Shown here: piece by piece, positions 37,516 through 51,581 of the stretch
Numbering within the stretch: the stretch's first letter is position 1
Layout: every line of letters begins with the position of its first letter
From: Octopus vulgaris
Taxonomy: Eukaryota
Direction of reading: 5' to 3'
Length of the DNA: 64,000 bases
Assembly: GCA_951406725.2 (NCBI GenBank)
Contig: OX597820.1
Span: forward strand, 36,952,001-37,016,000
The notes under the pieces: generated by a model
Told to the model about the DNA's origin: nothing
What the model saw: the letters and a program-made list of their open reading frames with translations, nothing else
Databases searched by the model: none
Position numbers and translations under genes: made by a program

Positions 37516-38712
37516 ATGGAAGAGAGATTGTGTGAGAGTCAGGACTATGGAGAGACACCGCTTGAAACTAGTGATTTATCTCATCAGATACAAGTAGATA
37601 CAGAAAAGTCATATACCTGTAACACCTTTGGAGAGACTTTCATCAAAAGTAGTGGCATCATTGAACATAAATTACATCACACAATTTCAAAACTCTACCT
37701 TTGTGATGTTTGTGGAAAAAGATTCACTACAAACAGTTCTTTATCTTTACATAAACGTACTCATACAGGTGAGAAACCATACAATTGTAATATTTGTGGT
37801 AAAACATTCTCTTATAGTGGTATACTAACATGCCATAAACGAATTCATACAGGTGAGAAACCATACCATTGTGACAAATGTGGAAAAACATTTGCTCGAA
37901 ATGATCATTTAACCATTCACAAACGTGTTCATGCTGATGAGAAACCATACCATTGTGATATCTGTGGAAAAACATTTTCTCATGATAGTCACTTAACTAT
38001 TCACAAGCATGCACACACTAGTGAAAAACCATACAATTGTGACATCTGTGGTAAAACATTTCCTTACAGGGGTAAATTGACAAGCCACAAACGTATCCAT
38101 AGCGGTGAGAAACCATACCATTGTGATACTTGTGGTAAAACATTTTCGCACAATGGTGATTTGACTGTTCACAAACGAGTTCACACAGGTGAAAAACCAT
38201 ACCATTGTGATGTCTGTGATGAAACGTTTTATCGGAGTAGTAAATTAACTGTTCACAAACGTGTTCACACAGGAGATAAACCATATCACTGTGATATCTG
38301 TGGTAAAACATTCTCTGACAATAGAGATTTAACTCGTCATATCCGTATTCACACAGGGGAAAAACCATACCACTGTGATATTTGTGGTAAAACATTCTCT
38401 CAGAATGGTAGCTTAAATATTCATCAACGTGTTCACACAGGTGAGAAACCATACCACTGTGATATCTGTGATAAAACATTCTCCCACAATGGTAGTTTAA
38501 CTGTTCACAAACGAATCCACACAGGAGAGAAACCATATAGCTGTTATATCTGCAGTAAAACATTCTCTGATAATCGAGATTTAACTCGTCATATACGCAT
38601 TCACACAGGTGAAAAACCATACAACTGTAATATTTGTGGTAAAACATTCTCTCAGAATAGTAATTTAACTATTCACAAACGTGCTTGTGCAAATGACAAA
38701 TCACATCACTGA
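37516..38712 (+). CDS. G3: C2H2 zinc-finger protein, 12 fingers (last is C2HC), 398 aa
   Basis: TGEKP-linked array; ATG (MEERLC) at 37516; acceptor TTTCAG at 37007/37008. Confidence 0.93.
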   Translation: MEERLCESQDYGETPLETSDLSHQIQVDTEKSYTCNTFGETFIKSSGIIEHKLHHTISKLYLCDVCGKRFTTNSSLSLHKRTHTGEKPYNCNICGKTFSYSGILTCHKRIHTGEKPYHCDKCGKTFARNDHLTIHKRVHADEKPYHCDICGKTFSHDSHLTIHKHAHTSEKPYNCDICGKTFPYRGKLTSHKRIHSGEKPYHCDTCGKTFSHNGDLTVHKRVHTGEKPYHCDVCDETFYRSSKLTVHKRVHTGDKPYHCDICGKTFSDNRDLTRHIRIHTGEKPYHCDICGKTFSQNGSLNIHQRVHTGEKPYHCDICDKTFSHNGSLTVHKRIHTGEKPYSCYICSKTFSDNRDLTRHIRIHTGEKPYNCNICGKTFSQNSNLTIHKRACANDKSHH

Positions 38713-41344
38713 GATATTTTTGGGTAAAACAGCCATGTATGAAACTCCATCACTCTTTAATCTCTTTACAAACATTGTTACAAAATGATGGATTTTTGTG
38801 TTGATTTCAACATATGAGCATCCAGTTGTTTAATCAACTTGATAACCTACTCATTGAAATGGTGCACAAAGAGACTAAGTATTGCCATACCTGCATCCAT
38901 TACAAAATAATCCTCAATGAGAGCACATTAAGGTTATTGTTGGAGAATATTCACTTTGGTATTTTTTAGAAACTTTTGTTGTAAAATATCTTTGGATAAG
39001 GCTGTGATTATCTACAACTAATATGTCTATAATAATGAGTTAATAATGTTAACATGCTGTATGTTTATTGTTGTTTACTAATAATATAATTTAATTGATA
39101 ATTATTTTATTTATTGTAATCGAAATGTTTTCTTGTTACTGTTCTCATTTTTTGTTCCTTCGACTTAGCTGTAACCCATTTAAAAAAAAATTATATATAA
39201 TATATAATGACAACAAATTAAATTGAAGTTGTTGGAGTTGATTAAATGAGTTTAGTTTTGTAGAAACGGTTTCCTGGATACACTTGGTTATCCCCGGGTA
39301 TCTATATTCCATGTACATTACTACTCTGAGTTTCGAAAGAAAGGTTTCTAGTTTTAATCTAGTCCATAACTGGTCAAAGCTTATTCTAATGACCACATCA
39401 TCTGTGGATACTCAGAGGCTAGCACTGCTCACTTATTAGATGAAGTATGTTTTACATATAGTGAATGTAAAATGATTTTTAGGGTTGATGTCATTATTAG
39501 AGGACATCTCAAAGTATGTTAAATCAATGTACAGGAGTCTTCACCAAAATTTTTAACTTGCTTCTCACAGTGATTATTACATGCTTCAAACTAGGGACTG
39601 TTGTGACAGTACTTTAGTTATTACTTGTATCTGTTCAACACTCATTGTGATCATTATGAAGTATCATTGCTTATTGTGTTATACTGACAAAGATATCCTA
39701 GAGTATCACCAATTGGAATGGAGTTTTCACTTGCTCTTATAGCAAATGATGGTCTGTGAGCCTTGTTCCATGAATTGAGAATATTAATTGGTTTAAGAAT
39801 ACTTGGAATTTGATATTTTTTATGTCATCCTGATTACTTTATACACCTTTATGCTGACTCATCTGAATGTTGCAATATTGTTGTTTTTATTAACAAACAT
39901 ACCTCATTATTCATGCACAATCTTGTTGGAAAATACATCGATGCCTGTTGGAACTTCATTTCCACCTACTGCTCCAGGGCAATTGAAGTTATAAAAATAT
40001 TAGAAAGAATTGATGAGATAGTCTTTCAAAAGATTGTTCAACAATATCTTCAGAAAAAATGTAAATTAACAAACTAAATTTCTGGTGTATCATGCTGCTG
40101 TTCCAACCTTACTTGTGGAAATGGTCTTTTCAGTCTTTAGGAATAGCTGAAATCAACAGCATTGAAATCATCATCAACAAAAATCAGTTTACATGGACAG
40201 GTTATGTACACTAAATGAGCAACAGCAGGCTTCTCCATTAGATCTTTTACAGTAAACTCAGCACCAGCAAAAGACCTTGCAAGTGCCCTCTGTGATGTTA
40301 TATAAAGATTAACTCAAACTATGAAGAAGACTAACATCCACTTCAAAACTGAGGAAGTACTAGTAACAGATTACAAATTCTGACATCAAAATTATCTCAA
40401 CTGCTACAGAATTGTTTGAAGAACATTATCACAGAAATAAAGGTGAAAAATCTGTCACTCCCAATCATGTCTTATTTTGCCTGCAAAGTGCAGCTTATAT
40501 GAATGCCTGTTTCATCAAGAGATTGGTTTTCTCACTCAGCAAAAGTAACATCACAACAAATAAGAAAGGAAAAGCAAAAATCAAATTTCTGAAACAAAGA
40601 TAGCTGCCAATGACAATGACTCACATCATTATACATAGGTTTTGTATCAGGCTACCATATTTCTACTCTTACTCCTTCTGTAGTGCCACTCATCACCTCA
40701 ACCCATTACTTTCTTCTCAAACTCACATTTCCCATTGGCCATGTTATCACTTTTGTTCACCATTTACTACATTTACTTCTATCTCAATCTCTAAACATCC
40801 GTCACTCTCCTCTCACATGCTTGCAAACTTATATACCCACCCTTCCCAATCCTCTGACCCCATTTTCTCTTCTAATCAGTTTCTTGTACCCTCTTTATCT
40901 TTCTCTCCAGCTACTCCTGCACACCCTTATATAATGTTGGGTAGCCCTGTATCTCCTCTGCAGCAAGACACCTATTCATATCCTTCTGTCATACTTTAAC
41001 CTAGGCATGGGCAACCTTTTACAAGAAGTGGACTGCATGAAACATGGCTCATCATTAGGTAGGTTGCATGACTGCTTTAACCTTTGGACACCTGACGTAA
41101 ATCCACCTCCCTCTCTATTACAGGCCCACTCAGTTGAGTTGGTTTTTAGTGTTGCTAGTTACACAGTAATTCCATTAATGCTAGTGTCATGAAAAAAAGC
41201 AACTGGTACACTCTGTAAAGCAGTTGATGTTAGAAATAGCATCCAGCTAAATTGGAGTTTGATGCAGTCCTCTGACTAATTGGATCCTAGAAGACAAACA
41301 TTAAATGATGATAATAATTATATATATAATAATAATAATAATAA

Positions 41345-42880
41345 TTGTGTACAGTGCTCAGGTGCACTACAACTCATCGAAAGTGTATATATAATCAGGT
41401 GTAGTTTCGGCGGATTTCGGAAAGCATGAGGGCCTTAAAAGATGCAGTGTCATGGCAGTCAACAACTGACGCAGGCAGTTTATTCCATGCTTCAGCAATT
41501 CTGAGCGTGAAAAAATGTTTCCGAAAGTCATGGGAGCTGTGTTGTTTTCTGACTTTGTAGGCATGTCCACGTGTGTTAGATACATGGAGATCAAAAAGGT
41601 GTTCAGTGTTGTTGTTGGTGAGGCGGTTGATAACTTTGTGGGTGCTTACCAAGTCCGTCGCCAGACGCCGGAGCTTCAGTGAATCCATGCCCAGGGAAAC
41701 AAGGCACTCAGAATATGGTAGGTGTCTGATGGAGGGTATGCGTTTGGTTGCACGTCTCTGGACAGATTCCAGGAGGTCAATGTTCTAAGCAAGATAGGGG
41801 TTCCAAACTGATGATGCGAATTCCAAGTGTGGTCGTACCATGGCTGTATACAGTTTTAAATAGATGGCTGGAGAGCGGCTAACAAAAGTCTTGCTGAGTG
41901 ATGCCAAGACACCCTCAGCCTTCTTGACAATTTTAGAGATATGCTTTGTCCAACGCAAATCACTGCTGACAGTGATGCCTAGGCCACGCTCGCAAGAGGA
42001 TTTCTTGATATCAGTGTTGTGGAGGGAGTATGTGGACGCAGGGTTTTTTCTCCCAAAATGCATGGTGGTACACTTGTCCACAGCCAGTTTCAGTTGCCAG
42101 TCTGTGATCCATTGCTGCATTGTGTCTAGGTCTGATTGCAGGAAAGAGTTGTAGACATCAGGATCTGTCCTCTTGATTTCAAGGTACAGCTTGATGTCGG
42201 CTGCATATTTCAATACTGTGGCATTCTTTAAATTGGCATCTATGTCATTAATGTATGCCACAAACTAGAGGGGACCAAGGACAGATCCCTGTGGTACACC
42301 CGATGACATCTCATATGGTGTAGAGTGCTGTCCTAGAACTGTGACTACCTCCTTTTGGCTGAGGATGAAGGATTTCAACCAGTTAAAAAGGTCATCCCTC
42401 ACACCCATTGCAGAGAGTTTCAGCATAAGCCTTTTGTGTGGCACAGAGTTGAAAGCCTTAGCAAAGTCAAGGTAGACAACATCCACCCATGAGCCACTGT
42501 CAGTGATCTGAGTAATGTCCTCAAGGAACTCGATAAGCTGATCACTGCAGCTGGAGTTAGGGACAAATCCATATTGTGAGAGCTCCAGAAGTTCCAGAGT
42601 GTTTCTCTGAAACACGATTCCATCAGTTTTGCAATACAGCTAGTGAGACTGACTGGGCGATAGTTGACAGGGGATGTGCGGTCGCCCTTTTTGAACAGAG
42701 GAATGACACTGGCAGTTTTCCACTGCTCCGGAGTAGCACCATTGTTGAGACAGTACTGGAAGAAAATAGAAAGCTGGTGTAAAAGGAAGTACCTGCCATG
42801 TTTGAGAAGCAGGTATGTAACTCCATCGAGACCAGGGGAGGCATAGTTGCGCTTATTTTGCAGTTTCCTACCAAGCAACA
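41345..42880 (-). mobile_element. 5'-truncated CR1/L2-group LINE
   Basis: SPGLDG, NYRPVSLTS, VYLDFAKAF, SGVPQGSVLGPL and KYAADIKL with premature stops; (ATT)n tail at 41315-41345. Confidence 0.93.
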
Positions 42881-45834
42881 TTATATTCATACACAAGTAT
42901 TATACAATTTACTCTTCGTTTGTTGATAGACATTTTTTGTTGCTTGCAGTGATGTCAGCTCCCTAAACTTTTCCAGCCCTAATCTTACTCAGGCTACTAC
43001 ACATCTGTCACACCAACTTCTACTGATAATTGAATTACCTATGTAAAAGCCAATCATAAATTCCTTTGTTTAGGTTTTAAGGACTAAGTAAACAGGAAAA
43101 GACCTGAAAATCCCCTTCTGGTGGACACTCACCTTCATGCTAAATTCTTTGAACTTATTGCCAACTCTTACCATGCTGGCAGTAACTCTGTACATGGTTT
43201 TCACAGCTCACACATGCAATTTAGCTATATGTATTTTAATTAGCAATCACAAACTACCAAGCACAGAACCCTATCAAAGACATTTTCCAGATCAACAAAC
43301 ATAGATATAGTGGCTTACTCTTGAAGTTGTCTCATTAGGACAATAACATCAGTGGTATCTCATCCTGGCACAAATTCAAATTGTGTATCATCTATGCTAA
43401 TTCTCTTCTTAATCAGATGTATTAAAACTCTTTACTATTTCATAACTTGGTCCCTTAGTTTGCCTTTGTGATAGTTAATGATGAAACTGTTGTGCAAAGT
43501 CATTGAGTTTAACATCTCCATTTTACTTGCTGGAGTGGCTTAAACTCTACACTACAACAGTTTTTTTATGAGAAACATCTATAGCAATGAAAATTGTAAA
43601 TTCCTGTAAATTTGTCACAGTGCATCATATTTAAATGTTGATTAAATCATTTAAAAGTTCTTCGCCATTTACTTCAAAATTGTACATTATAATTTATCCT
43701 GTTATTCTTTCTGCGATAGTTCATTAAAACTTTGCACAAATGTATCAGCACCAGAAATCTTAAAACAAAATAAAAAATTACAAATAACAAAAGACATAAA
43801 TCTTGGATATTATAAAAATACATCTATTCAATTCTTTTGTTTTTTGTCATGAATCTCACATGGAATCTCTCTTAACAACCTAGCAATCAAAGTAATTATA
43901 GTAAATGCAATACTTTACACTTGATCTTCATCAATGGAAGTGAATAGTCCATGTCCTGTTGAGAATGTGCATGCTGAAATGTCTGGATGAGATGTTAGAT
44001 AAATGGACTTTTACACACATGCATATGCAAATGCATGCATATACACACATACAAGTGGAGGATCTAACAAAACGTTGCACTCAACACATTAAGTTAGAGT
44101 TGTGTTTCATAACAGGTAGATTCAGCTTCATCGTGCTTTAAGTTTTGTGGGTGTGAAATGCACCTACACCCTCAGATGTATGATGTAAAGATGATGAGAA
44201 CTTTTTAACGAGTTAAAAAAATTTTTAATGGTCATCATCATCATCATCGTCGTTTAACGTCCGTTCTCCATGCTAGCATGGGTTGAGAATATTTAATCAA
44301 TTCAGGTTATGTGGATCCTTTAATTAGGCAGGGACGGTGATTCTTACATTATATGCTCCATGTGAAAGAGCAGACAAGATGTTGGTGTCAGCAATCTGTT
44401 AGATTTGACAGCTAACACATGACAAAATAAATGTTTTTAGGGTGTCAGATTACATATCAATTTGTGCGTTGACCATGACTGTATGATACAAATATAGCTG
44501 GTGTTAGTAGGTCACAGTGATAACATACTGAAGAGGAAATAATCTTACTGCAGGCAAAAGAAGATAATATACCCTGAAATTGTGCATGGGCCAGTTGGCA
44601 CTAGGGTGGTCTTTTCAGATTATCAGTGTCCTACAGTTTCAAGTTCATTAATAGGGTATATCTTTGGAGACAACAATAGGACAGATCGTTTTTCCTGCTG
44701 ATACATATTCAGGTTGTTGCAGATTATAGTTTCCCACGGAAATGGCCACTGTGAACATTGGATAAGGAGGTCCCAGTCAAGAGTACTCCATGTGATGTTT
44801 AGGAAGTTATTTCCAAGGTCTCAGAGTCTCCAGACAAATACAGGACAGTGGGATGCAGTTTCCTGTTTCCATACTCCTGAAAAAGTACATGTTTTGCATA
44901 TATATGTGTGTGTATGTATATATATATATATCAGTGGTATACAAGTCATGCACACTGCAAGCCATAAATAAATTTAAAATATAAATTATCTCCAACAACA
45001 TTGAAAAGTTGTCAAAATCATTAGCGACTTCATTGCTGAAACCGTTTCTGATCTCATTTCTCACCCCTTTAAAAATATATTTGAAGGTCATGCAATTTCA
45101 AAAATGCATATAACATTCTCTCTTTCTGTTGATACTGCTCTCTCTGCTGTCATCTTCATAACTGATGTCACTAAACAATCAACTGACCTGATGTTTGATC
45201 ATTTGACCTCAAGTGAAACATGTAGAAAAGCTCTAAATTTAAAAATAGAAGTTTAACCTCTCACAAAGATATTTTGACTTCTCTGTAGAGTGTTCCTTTT
45301 CTGCATAGAAAAGAATTAACATACCAAAGAAATACAAGAGAAAGACTTTCAGGGTTGAGTCTTATGTCAAATGAAAAAAGTTTACTCCAACAACTAATTA
45401 AAACAGAAAACTCCTATGAGAATGTAATAAATATATTTGCCCTGAAAGATCAAAGAACTGAATTAATTCATAAAGGAGTTAAATAAATAACTGGGCATTT
45501 TTTAAACATCTTTTAAAAAATGTTATATGTATTAAACAGCAATCTCCATGGCCATATTATGAAACTAAATGGTTTGTCTTCTGAGACCCTTGTTTCTCAG
45601 TCTACATTTGTTGTACATAGTCAGGAATCAGGATGATTCTGGGACTGAAAATCTGCCCTTCATTTAATTCTTGAACATTCAGCATTAGGATCTGATTTCA
45701 AAGCATTTGGGTTGCTATTTGTAGCAGGTAAAGTAGCTGCAAGAGGGTTCAGTGCCGTAGTATTACTACGATAGGAGAACAAGAATTACCTTCCTTAGCT
45801 TAAGTTTTACTAAGGAATTTAGTGACTCTTTTAT

Positions 45835-46030
45835 ATTTTTCAGTCATAAGACTGTGACCATGCTGGGGCACTGCCTTAAATAATTTCAATCAAACAAATT
45901 GACACCAGTTCTTTCTTTTTTATGCCTGGTACTTTTTTTATCGGCTTCTTTCACCGAACTGCTAAGTTATGTGAATGCAAACAGACCACCAGTTATCAAC
46001 TGGTAATGGGGAACAAACACAGACACAAAA
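45835..46030 (-). mobile_element. SINE 3' half
   Basis: Reverse complement of 29520-29700. Confidence 0.7.
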
Positions 46031-46031
46031 C

Positions 46032-46070
<39 letters not shown>

Positions 46071-47249
46071 CTTCTATAATAATAACTACTGAGTTTCTTA
46101 ACTCTTTGAATCCTCCTGGAATGCCTTCTCACAAACTGACATTGAAGAAAGGAGCTCCAATTATAATTTTGAGAAATCTGGATCTCTCAAAACTGTGCAA
46201 TAGAACATAACTGATTCTCAGGCAAATGCATCCACATCTATTGGAAGCAACAATCCTCACTGAGCAAGGAAAGGGAGAAAATGTGTTAATACTCCTTACA
46301 TCAGAGTATTTAAAAAGTAAAACATACACAAGTCTGAATGGTTAGAAAGAGAGATGCATATTGCCTTAGGCAAGACAATATCATCTTTAAACAATCATAA
46401 TGTACCTCCACATTCGATATCCATGTTTTCATCTGCAACATTTCTTTTAATCCACTAATTTTATTTACATCACTTTAAGGTAATCTAATCAGCCAAATGT
46501 TTCACACTGGTTTAATTTAAACTCACATTGTAAAAAGACAACTATGCATTACCTAACATTTTCAATTCTGACTTTTATGTATATACAATATATTTAAGAT
46601 ACACTTAAATAGATACTTTGGGTGGCAGATCTAACCTGTTGCCCAGTTTAGCACCACCACATAGCCTTTGGTTATTTTTAACATATGGGGTATCAAAAGA
46701 TTCAGTAATCTTTCAGCTACCAAATAAACTTTATTTTCATTTGCATATATGAATCACAAAAATTTAATATAATCTTTCTATAAGTCAACTATCATAAATG
46801 CCATTTTATACCAACACCATGATGATGATTATGTTACATTTTCTACATGAGTGTGTGTGTGTTTGCATGCTCATTACGTACTTTAAACCAATGACTAAGA
46901 AGTATGTGTGAGTGTATGTGATGGTGTATGTGTGTGTGAACATACATACATTTTTGTGATGACTGACACACACACATCTAAAGAGAAAGAGACACACACA
47001 GAGGGACAGATATATGCCTGAGGTGTGTGTGAATGTATGTCTTTCTGTGTCTGTTTTAGTATATGTATGTGAGTGTATGGCAGACTATATGTGTGTACAA
47101 CTGAGATAATTTTTATGTGTTAGGCCTCAGACAATTAAACACACATATCTACACATACATGTGTATGAGTGTGCATGGTTTTCCGCATTCGTTATGTCTA
47201 TAGTAAACAACATTTTATGCTGTTTTATTGAATCCACATCTAATGAAGT

Positions 47250-48165
47250 AGTCATCTTTGTGGTAGGTAATCCCCATGAAAATCATGATATTCTCATTCG
47301 TGCTTGAGATAACAACCTTAAGAGTGTTTCAGATAATCATCCCTCTTATGATGCACTCCAGTATCCTCTTATGTTGTGGAATGGACAAGATGGGTATCAT
47401 ATTCCACAGATTGAACCTGCAACAGAAGAGCCAATTACAAACAAAAAGGTGTCATCAAATGACTTCTATTCTATTTCAGCAATACCTGGTTGATATGTAT
47501 GCTAAAGTTGAGAGTCAGCATCACCTCTACATTCATAACAATTTAAAAAAAGTTAAGGGCTAAAAATTATGTTCATCTCCAAGACGTTCTGAGGACAGAT
47601 GGTGATATTCAAAACATGGGGCAACTTATAATCCTCCCATCATCATTCACAGGTGGCCCTCAATATATGCATGAATGAACACAAGATGCTATGACATATG
47701 TCAAGTCATATGGAAAACCAGATTTTACTACTTTCACCTGCAATCATAAATGGGAGGAAATAAAATTTAACAATCGTCCAGTGTTGCATTTTCTCGTATT
47801 GCAGCTACCTTCCTCAATAGGGGTAGAATTGCTCATTCCACGTTCAAGCTCCCTCTAAACCTTGTAATGAAAGAATCTCAAATCTGGAATATTTCCCAAA
47901 ACTCTGCAATGGCAACAGTTCTCCAACAAACTTGCCTCATTGTTTGGGATGAGTGCACTATGTCATATTATGGAGCTCTAGAGGTACTTCACCCTACTCT
48001 CCAAGACATAAAAAATAGCAAACTCATGGGAGGAGTAACAGTTCTTCTTGCAGATTTTTGTCAAACATTGCCAGTTATCCCCAAAGGATCAAAAGCTGAT
48101 GAGGTCAATGTATGCTTACAAAAATCATACCTCTGGAGACTTGTTGATCAAAAAAATAACGAACA
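47250..48165 (+). mobile_element. Internally deleted Helitron RepHel relic
   Basis: HPSYDALQYPL, QQYLVDMYAKVE, ILPSSFTGGP.YM, TFTCN.KW (Rep), then GRIAHSTFKLPL, IVWDECTM, DF.QTLPVIP (helicase). Confidence 0.85.
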
Positions 48166-48169
48166 CAAA

Positions 48170-48830
48170 CACCGTACTTTGGTCACCACCTGGTGCCATA
48201 CTATCTTTAGTACCAACTGACATCCTAAATATCAACTTTCACCTCTGAAACACGGACCATACTTTCAAACCCACCACTGTAAACACAAGCATAACGTGTA
48301 TTTATACGTAAACAAAATAAGAACTACTGCCTAAATTTGCCCTTCCTAAAAAAACTCACCCTTAGAACGAATTTACCTACCTATTTACCACTGGACAAAA
48401 TAACATGAATCTTGGAAGGCAACACTTGAAGTCTATGACTTATTTCCCTTTCCTATACCTAATCCATTTTACTCCTCTCACATGCTAAGTCTTGCTCCTA
48501 TTCAATAAGAAAAATATACCGTACCTATTGGTAACTGACTTTTGTATGTATCGGCTCTCCTAAACATTTGGACCCTCTGATGATGCTTAGAGGCACACTC
48601 ACCATCCAAACTCTATCTACCCATCCCTACAGAACACTGAAGTGATGGAGCTAACATGCAGGATATCGTGGTCTCTTGGCAGAAACAGCCATAAGGAACT
48701 GATCTTTTAATCTTTTACCCTTTTATGTATTACTAGTATATATTTCTGTAGCACAGTCCTTGCATGTGTATGTATTCTTATAACACTCCCTTTTGTTTTG
48801 GAATAAAAAGCCATAATAGAATGTCTACTG
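48170..48830 (+). mobile_element. Penelope-like 3' fragment
   Basis: CCCTCTGATGATGC...GCAGAAACAGC signature resembling the CUGAUGA...GAAA hammerhead core found at PLE ends. Confidence 0.4.
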
Positions 48831-48887
48831 ACTGATGTGTCATTTTTGCATATCCCCATTTTCTTTTTGTCATATATATGTATATAT

Positions 48888-49144
48888 ATATATTTACAGG
48901 AAGTTAATTATATGGCCGGTCATAGAGTGACCAATGGTTTTACATCCATAAAGCGCTTAGTCTTATATATGACTTGTCAGACTCCAATGGCCAGATATAA
49001 CCTCTCTTCAAATACTTTGAAGAGAGATTATAAACCTGTAATCATCGGAGTCTGACAAGTTGTCTATAAGGCTAATTGCTTTATGGATGCGAAACTATTG
49101 GTCAGTCTACAACCAGCCACATAATTAACCTCCTGTAAATATAT
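48888..49144. mobile_element. ~250-bp imperfect palindrome (foldback MITE)
   Basis: TA|CAGGAAGTTAATTAT...ATAATTAACCTCCTG|TA; arms pair to a TCAAA-TAC-TTTGA centre. Confidence 0.85.
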
Positions 49145-49349
49145 TACTGCCTTAACTTTTAGAGTGTGCTTCTTTTTCATATATATGATCCACTGATGAT
49201 ATATATATATATATATATATATTAAGACACATGTGCTTGTCCCTGTATCATACTTTAACCTTCAAAACCTGGCATAAAGAAACTCTTCCCTCTCAAATAC
49301 ACTCCTACTCTGTCAAAAGGATTTTTCCTGTTCCTTTCTTTGCTTTGCA

Positions 49350-49545
49350 AGTTACTTGATGATCTCACTAATGCTAGTGTCACAGAAAAAAAAAGTACAC
49401 ACTATAAAGTGGTTGGCATTAAAAAGGGCATCTGGCTGTAAAAACCACGCCATAACTGAAATTAGGGCGTAGCACATCTCTGCAGCTTGTTGGATCCTGT
49501 CAAACCATCTAACCCAAGCCAGCATGGATAACACATTAAATAATG
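49350..49545 (+). mobile_element. RTE-tail/OK-like element
   Basis: GGTTGGCATTAAAAAGGGCATC...GCCAGCATGGA...CATTAAA. Confidence 0.65.
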
Positions 49546-49705
49546 ATATATATATATACACACACACATACTAGAGATGGCAAACCTGATATGTGTGTCA
49601 TTGCCAACATAAGTGAAGCTTTTAAGTGACATGTAATAGGCTTTAAAAAAAAATCATACTGCCATATCATATCATAAAATGTGTTTCAATAAGCATTTAC
49701 CTAAA

Positions 49706-49708
49706 ACT

Positions 49709-49782
<74 letters not shown>
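49706..49782. repeat. (CA)n(TA)n microsatellite
   Basis: Seen directly. Confidence 0.95.
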
Positions 49783-49787
<5 letters not shown>

Positions 49788-50519
49788 AGCACTTCAGTTA
49801 CAGGATTATCAAATCAATTCAACATATCAGACTAAAAAAAGGTTCACTCTTACTGAAGCACATGTAGATTCTTTGGATGGTACCTATGAATGAAAATTCT
49901 AATATTAATTTGTAGAATAAAAGTATTTAAGATGAATTATGAAGAGCTCTAAGTAGTAACCCTGTCAGTAAAATGAGTTTATAATCAGATTACAGGTTAA
50001 AATTATTTTCTAATAAATCAGTAGCAAATTTAACAGACAATTACATTTGAATGTCAATAATTTAAAACAGAATTTTAAATATTTATATAATTCAGATTTT
50101 AGAACAAAGTTTACACAGACAAGTTGCAGTTTCTGTCTATCTGAAAAAGTAAAATTAACTAACGCAAGGAAATAAAATGTAAACATTACATTGTGAAAGA
50201 TCTGTGCTTGGATATTTTCAAAATTCCTTACTACACAAATATGTGAGAGGATGAAAAAAGACAGTTGTACAGAGTCAAGAGTGCTGGATATTACAGCCAT
50301 GTATTTTATAATTTCAAATCAAATAGTACAAATATGACAAACACAATAAAACAGTATAGATACTATCTTCATTCATTTTTCCATAACACAATAAAACAGT
50401 ATAAATACTATCTTCATTCATTTTCCCAAAATTTACTATAAATTCAAATGTAATTACATATCACAGATGTATCCAATAGTGGCTTGATGTAATATTGTGA
50501 AATATTTCTCAATTTTAAT

Positions 50520-50690
50520 AGGCACAAGCATAGATGTATGATCAATAAGTTTGCTTCCCAACCATATGGCTTCTTGTTCAGACCCACAGTGCTGCACCTT
50601 AGGCAAGTGTCTTCTCTTTTAACCCTGGGCCAAACAAAACCTTGTGAGGAGATCTGGTAGATGTAAAGTGAAAAATACCATTATATGTAT
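50520..50690 (+). mobile_element. tRNA-derived SINE 5' part
   Basis: Homologous to 29325-29490. Confidence 0.7.
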
Positions 50691-50744
50691 ATGTATATAT
50701 ATAAATTTGGAAATATGCTGTGTGTGAGAATACCCGGCAGGACA

Positions 50745-51157
50745 AGTGAGACCATAACCCGTGGCCTTTACCTGTGATGTAGCCAGTCCACTTATGCATA
50801 CCTTTCTTTCTTTGGACACAAAACTTTGCTTGTGAAGACCTGTTGAGGCAAGTGAAATTGAAATCGATCAAAAATCAATGGAAATTGTAGTTGTGATACC
50901 AGTGCTGGTGGCATGTAAAAAGCACCATCCGAACGTGGCTGTTGCCAGCTCTGCCTCAACTGACTTCCATGCTGATGGCACGTAAAAAGCACCCACTACA
51001 CTCACGGAGTGGTTGGCGTTAGGAAGAGCATCCAGCTGTAGAAACACTGCCAGATCAGACTGGAGCCTGGTGCAACCTCCTGGCTTCCTAGACCCCGGTC
51101 GAACCGTCCATCCCATGCTAGCATGGAAAACAGACGTTAAACGACGATGATGATGAT
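50745..51157 (+). mobile_element. RTE-tail/OK-like element
   Basis: Homologous to 13700-13962; (GAT)n tail. Confidence 0.8.
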
Positions 51158-51581
51158 ATATATGAGTGTGTGTGTGTCTGTATTTATTTACATCTGAACT
51201 TGCTTATTTGAAAGTCACATCATATCTGTGGTGTTCTGAAGACATTTCTCCTGTCAACAGATTGCCCAATCACTTCTGCCAAAGTTATGTGGAATAAGAG
51301 ATCCATTACTTGAAAAACAAGTAAAGATAAGCATCAGAATGAGTATCTAGCCATAAAAGAATGCCTCAGTAACATGTTTGTCTAACTCATGCTAGTACGT
51401 AAAAAGGGACATAAAACAGACAAATAAAATTGTTGTTTAAATGTATTGCTGACAAATTACATCAGTATTTTGAGATTATATTTTGCCACAAATCTCAAAC
51501 TTATTTGGTTTATTATTTTTGAACATGCATAGAACAAGTTGTATGAGCATTCTGAAACAGAGACACATCTATCCACAGAAG

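Noticed and set aside
39950-40620. Possible hAT transposase debris (also 43300-43760 and 45050-45420)
   Set aside because: Too degraded to assign by eye
50340-50428. ~46-bp tandem duplication
   Set aside because: Ordinary slippage duplication with no evidence of function
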